64,000 nt of DNA from Pseudomonadota bacterium (GTDB taxonomy: Bacteria; Pseudomonadota; Alphaproteobacteria; Paracaedibacterales; JAKBAR01). The stretch covers positions 5,922-69,921 of the forward strand of contig JAKBAR010000002.1 of assembly GCA_021808925.1 (NCBI GenBank). Direction: 5' to 3'. Numbering within the stretch: the first letter of the stretch is position 1; every line of letters starts with the position of its first letter. A program made the position numbers and the translations under genes. This document shows positions 18,385-27,132 of this stretch, one piece after another. The notes beneath the pieces are model-generated. The model searched no databases and was not told the origin of the DNA. It worked only from the letters and a program-made list of their open reading frames with translations.

Positions 18385-19377
18385 TTGTCACAAACAGCGC
18401 GCTTAAAGCCCCTCGAAAGCACAGCGATTGATCACGCCAAAGACGTCCTTTTAAGCGAGGCACGTTCCTTAGAGCAAGTCGCCACAGCGATTAATGGTGA
18501 TTTTTTAAAGGCTGTCACCCTTATTCAAAGCATTAAGGGACGCCTCATCGTTTCTGGCATCGGCAAAAGCGGTCATATTGCGCGTAAAATTGCTGCAACA
18601 ATGGCCTCTACGGGTCAGCCTGCTTTTTTTGTTCACGCCGCAGAAGCAAGCCACGGCGACCTTGGCATGATTACAAGCGAAGATGCTCTCCTTGTGCTCT
18701 CGTCATCGGGCGAAACCCAAGAACTTAAGCCGCTTATGGTTTATGCACGGCGTTTTGCAATCCCCGTGATTGGCATAACAAAAAACCCAGCAAGCGCTCT
18801 TGCAGCGTACGCAACCGTTGCGCTCATTCTTCCCGAAGTTCCCGAAGCCTGCCCCATGGGACTCGCCCCCACAACGTCCACAATAATGATGCTTGGCCTT
18901 GGCGATGCACTGGCTGTGTGCCTTTTAAAGGCAAAGGCTTTTTCCCCCAAAGACTATAGCCTTTTTCATCCAGGGGGAAGCCTCGGCGAGCAACTGACAA
19001 CCGTCGGCGACAAAATGCACGAAGGGCGGGAAATTCCCTTAGCTCCTCCCTCTACCTCTATGGAAGCAATTGTCCAGATCATGACCGATAAAAAATTTGG
19101 GTGTATTGGCATTGTGGACGAGGCGAACGTTCTTTTAGGAATCATTACGGATGGTGACCTTCGGCGCTCTCTCACCCAAGGAAAAGATCTCATGAGCCTT
19201 TGCGCCAGAGATATTATGAAAAGTGACCCGATTACCATCACAAAAGACATTCTTATGGCCGATGCCCTGAGGTTGCTGCAGGAAAAATCGATTACCTCCC
19301 TTTTTATTATTAATGAGGAAAAAAAACCGATTGGCCTTATTCATATCCACGATTTCCTTAAGAGCGGTGTTTTATAA
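18385..19377 (+). CDS. kdsD: arabinose-5-phosphate isomerase (KdsD/KpsF; SIS plus two CBS domains)
   Basis: SGIGKSGHIARKIAATMASTGQPAFFVHAAEASHGDLGMI, then tandem CBS domains. TTG start. Confidence 0.85.
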   Translation: MSQTARLKPLESTAIDHAKDVLLSEARSLEQVATAINGDFLKAVTLIQSIKGRLIVSGIGKSGHIARKIAATMASTGQPAFFVHAAEASHGDLGMITSEDALLVLSSSGETQELKPLMVYARRFAIPVIGITKNPASALAAYATVALILPEVPEACPMGLAPTTSTIMMLGLGDALAVCLLKAKAFSPKDYSLFHPGGSLGEQLTTVGDKMHEGREIPLAPPSTSMEAIVQIMTDKKFGCIGIVDEANVLLGIITDGDLRRSLTQGKDLMSLCARDIMKSDPITITKDILMADALRLLQEKSITSLFIINEEKKPIGLIHIHDFLKSGVL

Positions 19378-19382
19378 ACAGC

Positions 19383-19973
19383 ATGTTTCGTCTTTATCGC
19401 CAACTCAAATACGGTCTTATTATCATTTCAGTCCTCACGACTTTTTTTATTTTTTATCTTGTGCACACGAATGATCTTATGGAATCGGAAAAAGATAATG
19501 ACGCCCTTGACCCTTTGCACAATGCCCCTCCCACAGCAAAAACACAAACAACTGCAAAAAAAGCACTCTTCCACGCTACAGATGCCAAAGGGCAAGCGTA
19601 TAAAATTCAGGCCGAGTCCGCGAAAACACGGGAAAGCGATGGGCATATCCTTCTCACCCTTCCCTCCTATGCGATAAAACTCACAAACAACCTTGAGGTC
19701 ACAGTCACAGCGCTTAAGGGCGAACTTGATCAAAATACAAAGGAATTAACCCTCGAAGGGGATGTCGTTGTGACCTATGGCAAAGACACAGCGTTTAAAA
19801 TGCCCCACACGCGTATTGATCTGCAGAAGGGCGATGCCTTTGGCCATCAATCCATTCATATGACGAATGATAAAATACAGATTGATGCCGGCGCCTTTGA
19901 AATCTATCATAAAGGAGACAAAATTGTTCTCACAGATCGTCCTGTGCTAACCTTTGATATAAAGAGAGACTGA
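19383..19973 (+). CDS. lptC: LPS export periplasmic protein LptC (by context and architecture)
   Basis: 196 aa with a single N-terminal TM helix and a beta-rich body. Positioned between kdsD and lptA. Confidence 0.55.
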   Translation: MFRLYRQLKYGLIIISVLTTFFIFYLVHTNDLMESEKDNDALDPLHNAPPTAKTQTTAKKALFHATDAKGQAYKIQAESAKTRESDGHILLTLPSYAIKLTNNLEVTVTALKGELDQNTKELTLEGDVVVTYGKDTAFKMPHTRIDLQKGDAFGHQSIHMTNDKIQIDAGAFEIYHKGDKIVLTDRPVLTFDIKRD

Positions 19974-20536
19974 TGCGTTTTTGGATTCTTTTTTTCATTT
20001 TCACACCCCTTGCGCATGCGTCTCAGATGGTCATTACGGCGGAAAAAGTAACATGCGAAAAAAAAGATAATACATGCATTGCTGAAACAGATGTGCATGT
20101 CATCCGCAAAGCACCAGAAAATGAACCTCAGCAAACACCCCCTCCCAAAGAACAAAGCTTACGATCGGACACGCTCACGATTTTTTTTTCACCCAAAGAT
20201 CAAGTCCCTGAAAAAGCGCCACAAGAGGGAGACGCAGCACCTTTTGGAGCCACAGATATTCACGCTATTCACGCCAAGGGCCATGTTATGGTTGTCAATG
20301 ATGGCGTCACGATTCATTCAGACACAGCCGTTTATGATACGAAGACAGAGATCATTGAGTTTTTTGATGATGTGCGCATTTATGATGGCAAAACTTTTAT
20401 TAAAAGTGCGTATGCGTCGATGAATCAAAAAACAGGCCAGTATGAGGTCAATAGCTCTCAAACACCCCCGGGAGAACCGCTTAGACAAAAAAGTAAAAAA
20501 ATAGAAATTATTGTCCAACAAGGCAAAAAAGTTTAA
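19973..20536 (+). CDS. lptA: LPS transport periplasmic protein LptA (OstA N-terminal domain)
   Basis: 187 aa with a signal peptide ...FTPLAHA. Repeated beta-jellyroll-like segments (VITAEKV...AETDVHVI...AKGHVMVV...VTIHSDTAVYD). Its start overlaps the lptC stop. Confidence 0.65.
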   Translation: MRFWILFFIFTPLAHASQMVITAEKVTCEKKDNTCIAETDVHVIRKAPENEPQQTPPPKEQSLRSDTLTIFFSPKDQVPEKAPQEGDAAPFGATDIHAIHAKGHVMVVNDGVTIHSDTAVYDTKTEIIEFFDDVRIYDGKTFIKSAYASMNQKTGQYEVNSSQTPPGEPLRQKSKKIEIIVQQGKKV

Positions 20537-20572
20537 TAAAAAAGAACATTCATCCTTTGGATCCCTTGAAAA

Positions 20573-21262
20573 ATGAACCTCGCACACGCCTCTCTTCCAA
20601 AACCAAAAGCGATTCTTTTTGATTTTGATGACACGTTGATTGATACCTGGCCTTTTTTATGGCGACTATATCAAGATACGTTTGCGCAATTTAATATTGT
20701 TTTGACCGATCTTTTAACAGAAACAGCCTGTCGCGACAAAGCGGTGCGCGACGGCCGCAAAACCTTTGAGGACGTCCTTGGAACGACCTTGGGCCCCAAG
20801 GCTTGCGAGATTTTTTTAACCACCTATGCAAAAACATTTCCCAATCATATCACTCCCCTGCCAGGGGCGTCACACGCCCTTCAGAGCCTCTCCCAACAAA
20901 ATATCCCCCTTGGTATTGTGAGCAATAAACATTCGACGTTTTTGAATCAAGAACTTAAAATCCTTGGGTGGGAGGGATTTTTTAAAAGCATCGTTGGCTA
21001 TGACTGTGTCGGGCGCAAGCCCAATCCTCAGACGATTACTCATGCATTATCACACATGCATTTCGAGGACAAAAAAACTGATCATCACGCCGTTTGGTTG
21101 ATTGGTGACTCTTTTGTGGATTTTGAAACAGCTCAAAACAGCGGTTGTTTTTTTATTCATTTTGGTGAATACATTCCCTGTGATGCACGCTTTCAACCTG
21201 GTGCAAGTGTGGCAAATTGGAATCAGTTTCATGAGATTTTAAATAACATTAGGATAAAATAA
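20573..21262 (+). CDS. HAD-superfamily hydrolase (phosphoglycolate phosphatase-like, subfamily IA)
   Basis: Motif I ILFDFDDTLIDT, motif II GIVSNK, motif IV WLIGDSFVDFETAQNSG. Confidence 0.7.
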   Translation: MNLAHASLPKPKAILFDFDDTLIDTWPFLWRLYQDTFAQFNIVLTDLLTETACRDKAVRDGRKTFEDVLGTTLGPKACEIFLTTYAKTFPNHITPLPGASHALQSLSQQNIPLGIVSNKHSTFLNQELKILGWEGFFKSIVGYDCVGRKPNPQTITHALSHMHFEDKKTDHHAVWLIGDSFVDFETAQNSGCFFIHFGEYIPCDARFQPGASVANWNQFHEILNNIRIK

Positions 21263-21322
21263 CTCTAAAATTTGTGAAAATTTGTTAGACTCAACGCGAT
21301 AATAATAACAATGGAGTCTCTT

Positions 21323-21580
21323 ATGGCGACCGATAAGCCTGTTAATGTCCAAGATGTTTTTCTAAACCATGTCCGCAAACATAAAGTACCTGTCACTGTT
21401 TTTTTGATCAATGGCGTAAAACTCCAAGGTATTGTGACGTGGTTTGATAGTTTTTCTGTTCTCCTCAAGCGTGATGGCCACTCTCAGCTTGTCTATAAAC
21501 ATGCAATGTCCACCATTATGCCACAGGGGCCTATTCAGCTTTTTGATGGTCAAAATGATTCTATTGAAGAGCAAGAGTGA
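21323..21580 (+). CDS. hfq: RNA chaperone Hfq
   Basis: [63 protein letters not shown] lies 6 nt upstream of the ATG at 21323. Confidence 0.92.
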   Translation: MATDKPVNVQDVFLNHVRKHKVPVTVFLINGVKLQGIVTWFDSFSVLLKRDGHSQLVYKHAMSTIMPQGPIQLFDGQNDSIEEQE

Positions 21581-22875
21581 CCGCATCGTCTTTGATCAAA
21601 GCTTTTGTTCTTTGCCCAGAACTTAAACATAAAGGAAGTTTTCTCGAGCGATCGAAACAAGCACGCCTTGACGAGGCCGTTGGATTAGCTGCTGCGATTG
21701 ACTTGGATGTCATAGGTCAGCAGTTTATCAATTTAGAAAAATTCTCGCCAGCCACTTATTTTGGATCGGGTTTCGTTGAAGAACTCAAAGGAACACTTCA
21801 AAACCTTGGTGTGTCGCTTGTGGTTGTGGATGCAACGCTTTCACCGGTTCAGCAACGCAATCTTGAGCGCGCCTGGAAAGTTAAAGTAATTGATCGCACA
21901 GGCCTTATTTTAGAAATTTTTGGCAAGCGCGCACAAACCTCAGAGGGCGTTCTCCAAGTCGAACTTGCGGCTCTTCAATACCAACGCAGCCGTCTTGTGC
22001 GCCTTTGGACCCACCTGGAGCGTCAACGCGGTGGTTTTGGTTTCACAGGGGGGCCCGGCGAGTCTCAATTAGAACTTGACCGCCGTCTTATTGACGAGCG
22101 CATTATAAAAATTAAGTCTGAGCTTGAAAAAACTGTTCGCACACGGCGCCTTCAACGCAGTGCGCGAGAGCGTGTGCCCTACCCTGTTGTGGCTCTTGTA
22201 GGGTATACGAATGCAGGAAAATCAACGCTTTTTAACACACTCACCCACGCGGATGTCTTTGCCAAAGATCTTCTGTTTGCCACCCTTGATCCAACGATGC
22301 GCCAGCTTAAACTCCCCAGTGGCCAGACGGTTATTCTCTCGGATACCGTAGGTTTTATCTCGGATCTTCCAACCACACTTATTGCGGCGTTTCGAGCGAC
22401 ACTCGAAGAGGTCACCTCTGCGGATGTTATTTTGCATGTCCGTGATATGTCCCACGAAGACACAGAATTTCAAAAGAATGATGTGACGCATGTTCTCAAA
22501 GAACTTGGTCTTGAGCATGCGTATGAGGATGGTGTGATTATTGAAGTGTGGAATAAAATGGATCTTTTGACCTCCGAGGCCAGGACTGTGTATCAGAATA
22601 AACAAGTACTTCAAAAAAATAGTATTTGCGTTTCAGCTCTTCAGGGCGATGGTCTCGATGATCTTAAAAAGCGTATCGATGTGAAGCTTGCCGAAAGCCG
22701 TAAAGTTATTCACGCAACATTGCAGTCTTCTGCGGGTGAGCTTTTAGCCTGGTGTTACACAAAAGGTGCAATTAGCGAGCGCGTGGATGACGGCGAGCAT
22801 ATTCACCTGACGCTGCGTCTCCCAAAAGCCCTTGTCCCTCAATTTTGGAAGCGCTACCGCAAGGAAATTCAATAA
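21577..22875 (+). CDS. hflX: GTPase HflX
   Basis: 432 aa with G1 [13 protein letters not shown]3 DTVGF and G4 NKMD. GTGA overlap with hfq. Confidence 0.9.
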   Translation: MTASSLIKAFVLCPELKHKGSFLERSKQARLDEAVGLAAAIDLDVIGQQFINLEKFSPATYFGSGFVEELKGTLQNLGVSLVVVDATLSPVQQRNLERAWKVKVIDRTGLILEIFGKRAQTSEGVLQVELAALQYQRSRLVRLWTHLERQRGGFGFTGGPGESQLELDRRLIDERIIKIKSELEKTVRTRRLQRSARERVPYPVVALVGYTNAGKSTLFNTLTHADVFAKDLLFATLDPTMRQLKLPSGQTVILSDTVGFISDLPTTLIAAFRATLEEVTSADVILHVRDMSHEDTEFQKNDVTHVLKELGLEHAYEDGVIIEVWNKMDLLTSEARTVYQNKQVLQKNSICVSALQGDGLDDLKKRIDVKLAESRKVIHATLQSSAGELLAWCYTKGAISERVDDGEHIHLTLRLPKALVPQFWKRYRKEIQ

Positions 22876-22889
22876 AAAAAGGACATATT

Positions 22890-23714
22890 ATGTTGATCAA
22901 AAAAATAAGAAAAGTACTGTTATTTTTCACCCTCGTTGTTTTACTCCTCAGCCTTTATATCTTCAGGGAAAATATTCTTTTTCAACTACTCACAAAAATA
23001 GATTTATCCCATCTTGATGTTCAGACAGCGCGCACCTTAGCAACACCTATTCTTGATGCTGCATCAATTCCGGACGGTGATTTATCGCTTACAAGCCACA
23101 CGGCTCATAGCAAAAGATATATTATCTCAAAATGGCAAAGGGCCGCTGTTGGGGCAAGTGTCATTGTCTTTGGGCGACACCCAGATGGGACATTATCGGT
23201 TATTCTTGGCCCCCAAAGAGGAATGCTCCGAAATCCTCAAGGGTATATGGAAATACCCCTTCCCAAAGAGGATTTAACAGGATTAAAAGCAAGCCATAGC
23301 AGCCGTTTGAATGGCAAAAAACTCAAAAAAGTGAAAGAGGATCTTTCCCTCGAAGATAATGCTGTGAGAGAAGTTTTTGAGGAAGCGGGTCTGACCATTA
23401 AAAAAGAAGATCTCGTACTCCTTAGGATCAATAGCGAAATCAACGCAAACCCCATATGTTTTGCAGCTCAATATATGGTTATTTTGAACGATACGCCTAA
23501 GCTCTCAAACCATGCGAGTGAGTTTGTCAACGATGACTTACAAAAGCCTACCTGGGTGAAGCTTTCGGATATTCATTATAATGCTCGTGACAAGCACTAC
23601 TTTGTCAAAGATTATCCCATGCCTATTGATCCGAAAACCATCGATTCGATGAATCTTGGGCTTTTAAAGATGGGACTGAATCCCCTTGCCCAAAATAGCT
23701 CTGAAAGAGGGTGA
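22890..23714 (+). CDS. membrane-anchored Nudix hydrolase family protein
   Basis: An ATG at 22890 follows aaagga. N-terminal TM helix VLLFFTLVVLLLSLYIF. Nudix box region LEDNAVREVFEEAGLTI. Confidence 0.65.
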   Translation: MLIKKIRKVLLFFTLVVLLLSLYIFRENILFQLLTKIDLSHLDVQTARTLATPILDAASIPDGDLSLTSHTAHSKRYIISKWQRAAVGASVIVFGRHPDGTLSVILGPQRGMLRNPQGYMEIPLPKEDLTGLKASHSSRLNGKKLKKVKEDLSLEDNAVREVFEEAGLTIKKEDLVLLRINSEINANPICFAAQYMVILNDTPKLSNHASEFVNDDLQKPTWVKLSDIHYNARDKHYFVKDYPMPIDPKTIDSMNLGLLKMGLNPLAQNSSERG

Positions 23715-23768
23715 AATTTGAAGAAAAGCACCGTATAGTACGCGTAAATGACTTAAGTTAATAAGACA

Positions 23769-24572
23769 ATGAAAATACTTTTTTGCGGTGATGTTGTTGG
23801 GCGCTCGGGACGTGATGCCGTGTTGGATCATTTGCCACGCCTCCGCCGTGATCTTAATGTGGATATTATCATTCTTAATGCCGAGAACGCTGCCCACGGT
23901 TTTGGCCTTACGCGCGGCATTGCAGAGGATTTTTATAAAGTCGGCGTGGATGTTATCACCCTTGGCAATCATGCTTTTGATAATAAAGAAATTTTGCGCA
24001 GCATTGATACAGATGCACGCCTTGTACGGCCACTTAATTATCCTCTCAAAACGCCTGGGCGTGGATTTACATTTATTGACCTACCGAATGGCAAAAAATT
24101 ACTTGTGACGAATGTCATGGCGAGGCTTTTTATGGATCCTTTGGATGATCCTTTTGCCGCGGTGGATGCGCTTCTTGCCAAATACCCCATGGGTGGGAGC
24201 ATTTATGGTATTTTTGTTGATTTTCACGGCGAGGCAAGCAGTGAAAAAATGGCGATGGGGCACTATTTGGATGGAAAAATCAGTGCTCTCGTCGGCACGC
24301 ACACTCATATTCCCACAGCAGACGCACAGATCCTTCCAAAGGGAACAGGCTATCAAACGGACGCCGGCATGTGCGGTGATTATAATTCTGTGATTGGCAT
24401 GGATAAGGCTGTTCCGATTCAGCGCTTTCGCACCAAAATGCCCACAGAGCGTATGCAGCCCGCAGGTGGCCCCGGTACTTTTTGTGGCACGTTCATAGAA
24501 CTTGATGAGCGCGGTCTTTGCACCCATATTGAGCCCGTGCGCGTTGGACCGCGGTTGATGAATACACATTAG
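23769..24572 (+). CDS. YmdB-like metallophosphoesterase (TIGR00282 family, 2',3'-cyclic-nucleotide phosphodiesterase type)
   Basis: MKILFCGDVVGRSGRDAV, NAENAAHGFG, VDFHGEASSEK, GTHTHIPTADAQIL. Confidence 0.85.
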   Translation: MKILFCGDVVGRSGRDAVLDHLPRLRRDLNVDIIILNAENAAHGFGLTRGIAEDFYKVGVDVITLGNHAFDNKEILRSIDTDARLVRPLNYPLKTPGRGFTFIDLPNGKKLLVTNVMARLFMDPLDDPFAAVDALLAKYPMGGSIYGIFVDFHGEASSEKMAMGHYLDGKISALVGTHTHIPTADAQILPKGTGYQTDAGMCGDYNSVIGMDKAVPIQRFRTKMPTERMQPAGGPGTFCGTFIELDERGLCTHIEPVRVGPRLMNTH

Positions 24573-24589
24573 AAAAGGATTATTTTCTT

Positions 24590-25666
24590 ATGAAAAAACT
24601 GTGCCTTCGCCTTACCTTTTTAATATTTTTTGCTATACCCTCGGTTTTTGCAAAGCCCCTTTTTGTGTTTTATGATGCAGGCACTGTGAACGCGCTCAAA
24701 CCTGTGATGGAGGCATTGGACAAGGAGGGAAAAGATTATAAAATTATTGCTTTTGGGGCTGCTGTCGCGTTACTCAAAGACCATCCAAAACTTGTTAGTC
24801 TCACACTCAGCGTCGATACAACAGCGCCGACATGGCACCGTTTAAAGACGCTCCCCAAGGAAGATCTGGATAAAATTTACAAACTATGGGACACGGATGG
24901 GGATATTGATCATGTTGTTGCGGGGCTTTCCTCGATGATTGAAGTACAAATCCTTAATCTTTCGTGTAAACATAAAAACAAGGCGTATTACGATAGTTTT
25001 AGTGTGCTTGGCGGTGATTTTGAAAAGATCCTTGACGCGCTTGATACAAATAATCAAACGATTCTTGTGCCCAGTCAGGCGGTTAAAGACGCACTTCAAA
25101 AGCGCAAACCTAAACAAATCATTCGTGTTGTGGGTCAACCAACACTGAACACATGGCGCGAAGAAGGTGCGAAAAAAAGAAAAACGCTTTTGTATCTTGG
25201 GAATTATGAAAATAATAACAATGGATATAACGATTCCTTTCGTTTGTTTATCAATGCCATCAAGGACAAGGATGTTAATGTTTTTATCAGCATTCACCCC
25301 AAAGTGGATGGTGCCTTTGAAAAAGAAATTGTCAAGGACCTCACACATATTCAAGTCATCAATAGCAAGGATTTTAAAACAGAAAAACTTGTTCACGCGT
25401 TAAAGGATCCTATTCTAGTCACGCAGCGCTCTACAGCGGGAGTGCAAGGGTATTTCTGCGGATATGCCGTGATTTATCTCGATGCTCAAAAAAATCAGTA
25501 CACTAATTTCCTTATTGAGGATAAGAAAGTACCTCAGTGCTTTGATCAAAAATCCTTTGAAAAAGCTCTTGAGGCAGCGAGCCCCCATGATGCGTCAAAC
25601 GCGTTTAAAGCGTGTAATATTCCAGAAAATGCGGTTGAGCTGATTTTGAATGAAATAAAGGACTAG
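24590..25666 (+). CDS. exported or anchored hypothetical protein (possible two-Rossmann, GT-B-like fold; unverified)
   Basis: 358 aa with N-terminal MKKLCLRLTFLIFFAIPSVFA. Alternating beta-alpha pattern (KPLFVFYDAGTVNALKPVMEAL..., ILVTQRSTAGVQGYFCGYAVIY). Lies 17 nt downstream of the ymdB-like gene. Confidence 0.5.
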   Translation: MKKLCLRLTFLIFFAIPSVFAKPLFVFYDAGTVNALKPVMEALDKEGKDYKIIAFGAAVALLKDHPKLVSLTLSVDTTAPTWHRLKTLPKEDLDKIYKLWDTDGDIDHVVAGLSSMIEVQILNLSCKHKNKAYYDSFSVLGGDFEKILDALDTNNQTILVPSQAVKDALQKRKPKQIIRVVGQPTLNTWREEGAKKRKTLLYLGNYENNNNGYNDSFRLFINAIKDKDVNVFISIHPKVDGAFEKEIVKDLTHIQVINSKDFKTEKLVHALKDPILVTQRSTAGVQGYFCGYAVIYLDAQKNQYTNFLIEDKKVPQCFDQKSFEKALEAASPHDASNAFKACNIPENAVELILNEIKD

Positions 25667-25706
25667 CGCCCGCTGACGCTTATTTACTTTGAGCTAAAAC
25701 ACTTTA

Positions 25707-25741
25707 TAATCCTAAAAAGTTACAAAATTTTTTTAGGATTA
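25707..25741 (+). promoter_or_regulatory. 12-bp perfect inverted repeat overlapping the def ribosome-binding site
   Basis: taatcctaaaaa (25707-25718) pairs with tttttaggatta (25730-25741) across an 11-nt loop. The right arm contains the AGGA located 7 nt upstream of the def ATG at 25746. Confidence 0.5.
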
Positions 25742-25745
25742 CTCT

Positions 25746-26312
25746 ATGACACTTTCCATTGTCACCACATGCAATAAAGACAAAGCGCAGGTCCTTCACA
25801 CCCCCGCTAAAGATGTGACGTTCCCTCTTTCTCACGACGTTAAAAACCTGATCAGCGGTATGAAAGATTTGCTCATAGAATTGCAAGGAGCGGGACTCGC
25901 AGCACCTCAAGTGGGTGCTGATGTCCGCGTGATTGTTTATCATGTGACCAAAGAAGCTTTGGCTATTCGCGAGGATGCACGAGACGTTGTACCGCTCACA
26001 GCGCTCATAAACCCTACGTACGAGGTCATAGAGGATTCAGATACCACCTATGACTGGGAATTTTGCTTTTCAGTCCTTGATTTGGGCGGAAAAGTTTATC
26101 GGCCACGAAGTATTCTTTACACAGGCTATGACGAAGAGGGACATTTTATTAAAGAAGTTGCCCACGGTTTTCTGGCACGGCTATTGCAGCATGAGATCGA
26201 TCACGTGAATGGCCTTTTGTGCTCGCGCCTTTACACAGAGGGAGATTTTTATGGTCCCCGCGATGAAATGATGGCCATCCGTAAAAAAGAAATTGAGCGT
26301 TCAAAGCGCTAA
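25746..26312 (+). CDS. def: peptide deformylase (divergent motif 2)
   Basis: Motif 1 GAGLAAPQVG and motif 3 QHEIDHVNG are present. Motif 2 reads EFCFS instead of the canonical EGC[LM]S. Confidence 0.75.
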   Translation: MTLSIVTTCNKDKAQVLHTPAKDVTFPLSHDVKNLISGMKDLLIELQGAGLAAPQVGADVRVIVYHVTKEALAIREDARDVVPLTALINPTYEVIEDSDTTYDWEFCFSVLDLGGKVYRPRSILYTGYDEEGHFIKEVAHGFLARLLQHEIDHVNGLLCSRLYTEGDFYGPRDEMMAIRKKEIERSKR

Positions 26313-26314
26313 TT

Positions 26315-27061
26315 ATGCAGCCTCAGCACGAATATTTTGACCCAGCGATTTATGATGCAGAATATGGCGGCTGGACCGGCGATTTTAATTTTTTTTGCGG
26401 CCTTAAAAGCCACGGCAGGGCCCTTGATCTCGCCTGTGGAACGGGGCGACTCACCATTGCCCTGGCCCAAAAAGGATTGCTCTGTACGGGCATTGATGAA
26501 AATGAAAAGATGCTCTCGCACGCTAAGAAAAAATCCGCCCACTTGTCCCCCAATGTAAAGATTCATTATGCAAAAATGGATATAAAGCATTTTAGTTTCG
26601 ACAATCCATTTGACCTTATCACCCTGGCAGGCAATAGTTTTCAAGCCCTTCTCACAGAAAAAGAGCAAAAGGAGATGCTGTATTGTGTCAAGACACATCT
26701 GAAAGAAGACGGCGTGTTTGCTTTTTGCACCCGCAATCCCAGGCAGGCGGATCTTAAAACAACAAAGGATTTTGAGTTTTGGCACACATTTACACATCCC
26801 AGCGGTGAGGATATTCGCGTCTATGGAAGGCAAACGTATACGCCAAAAAATCATCTTATGTTCTACGAAACACAAAGAATTGGAAAAGATCACACCACAC
26901 GCACATCGCTCACGCTGCGTTTTACAGCCTTTGATGCTTTAAAAGATCTTCTCCATAGCGAGGGACTCAGCATTATCCGTGTCTATGGCGATTTTGACCA
27001 AACTTCTTTTGACCCAAAGCAAAGCCCAGATATAATCCTCACATGCAGGAGAGCAGGATAG
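26315..27061 (+). CDS. class I SAM-dependent methyltransferase
   Basis: Motif I LDLACGTGRLTIAL. Post-I GIDENEKM. Motif II/III FDLITLAGNSF...LKEDGVFAF. Confidence 0.75.
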   Translation: MQPQHEYFDPAIYDAEYGGWTGDFNFFCGLKSHGRALDLACGTGRLTIALAQKGLLCTGIDENEKMLSHAKKKSAHLSPNVKIHYAKMDIKHFSFDNPFDLITLAGNSFQALLTEKEQKEMLYCVKTHLKEDGVFAFCTRNPRQADLKTTKDFEFWHTFTHPSGEDIRVYGRQTYTPKNHLMFYETQRIGKDHTTRTSLTLRFTAFDALKDLLHSEGLSIIRVYGDFDQTSFDPKQSPDIILTCRRAG

Positions 27062-27120
27062 TAAATTCATATATAATATGCTCATATATAATATAAATCC
27101 ATATAGTAAAACTGCATACA
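27059..27120. repeat. AT-rich intergenic repeat, copy A (TAGTAAAT...CATAT...ATGC core; internal 13-bp duplication)
   Basis: tagtaaattcatatataatatgc... is shared with loci 60413 and 62957. tcatatataatat occurs twice (27067-27079 and 27082-27094). The tail gtaaaactgcata is the reverse complement of tatgcagttttac at about 60461. Confidence 0.6.
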
Positions 27121-27132
27121 CTCGAGGCCCTT

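Noticed and set aside
24099-25396. Minus-strand ORFs 24099-24569 (156 aa) and 24884-25396 (170 aa).
   Set aside because: They are antisense to the YmdB-like gene and to the 358-aa exported-protein gene. Both are motif-less shadow ORFs.
26309-26893. A 194-aa minus-strand ORF covering most of the methyltransferase gene.
   Set aside because: It is fully antisense to a gene with clear SAM-methyltransferase motifs. It has no SD, no recognisable motif, and a Cys/Phe/Ile-rich composition typical of shadow ORFs.
27059-27120. AT-rich tandem duplication, considered as a CRISPR array or minisatellite.
   Set aside because: There are only two 13-bp copies separated by 2 nt, with no spacer-repeat periodicity and no cas genes anywhere in the window. 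It is kept as a dispersed repeat instead.
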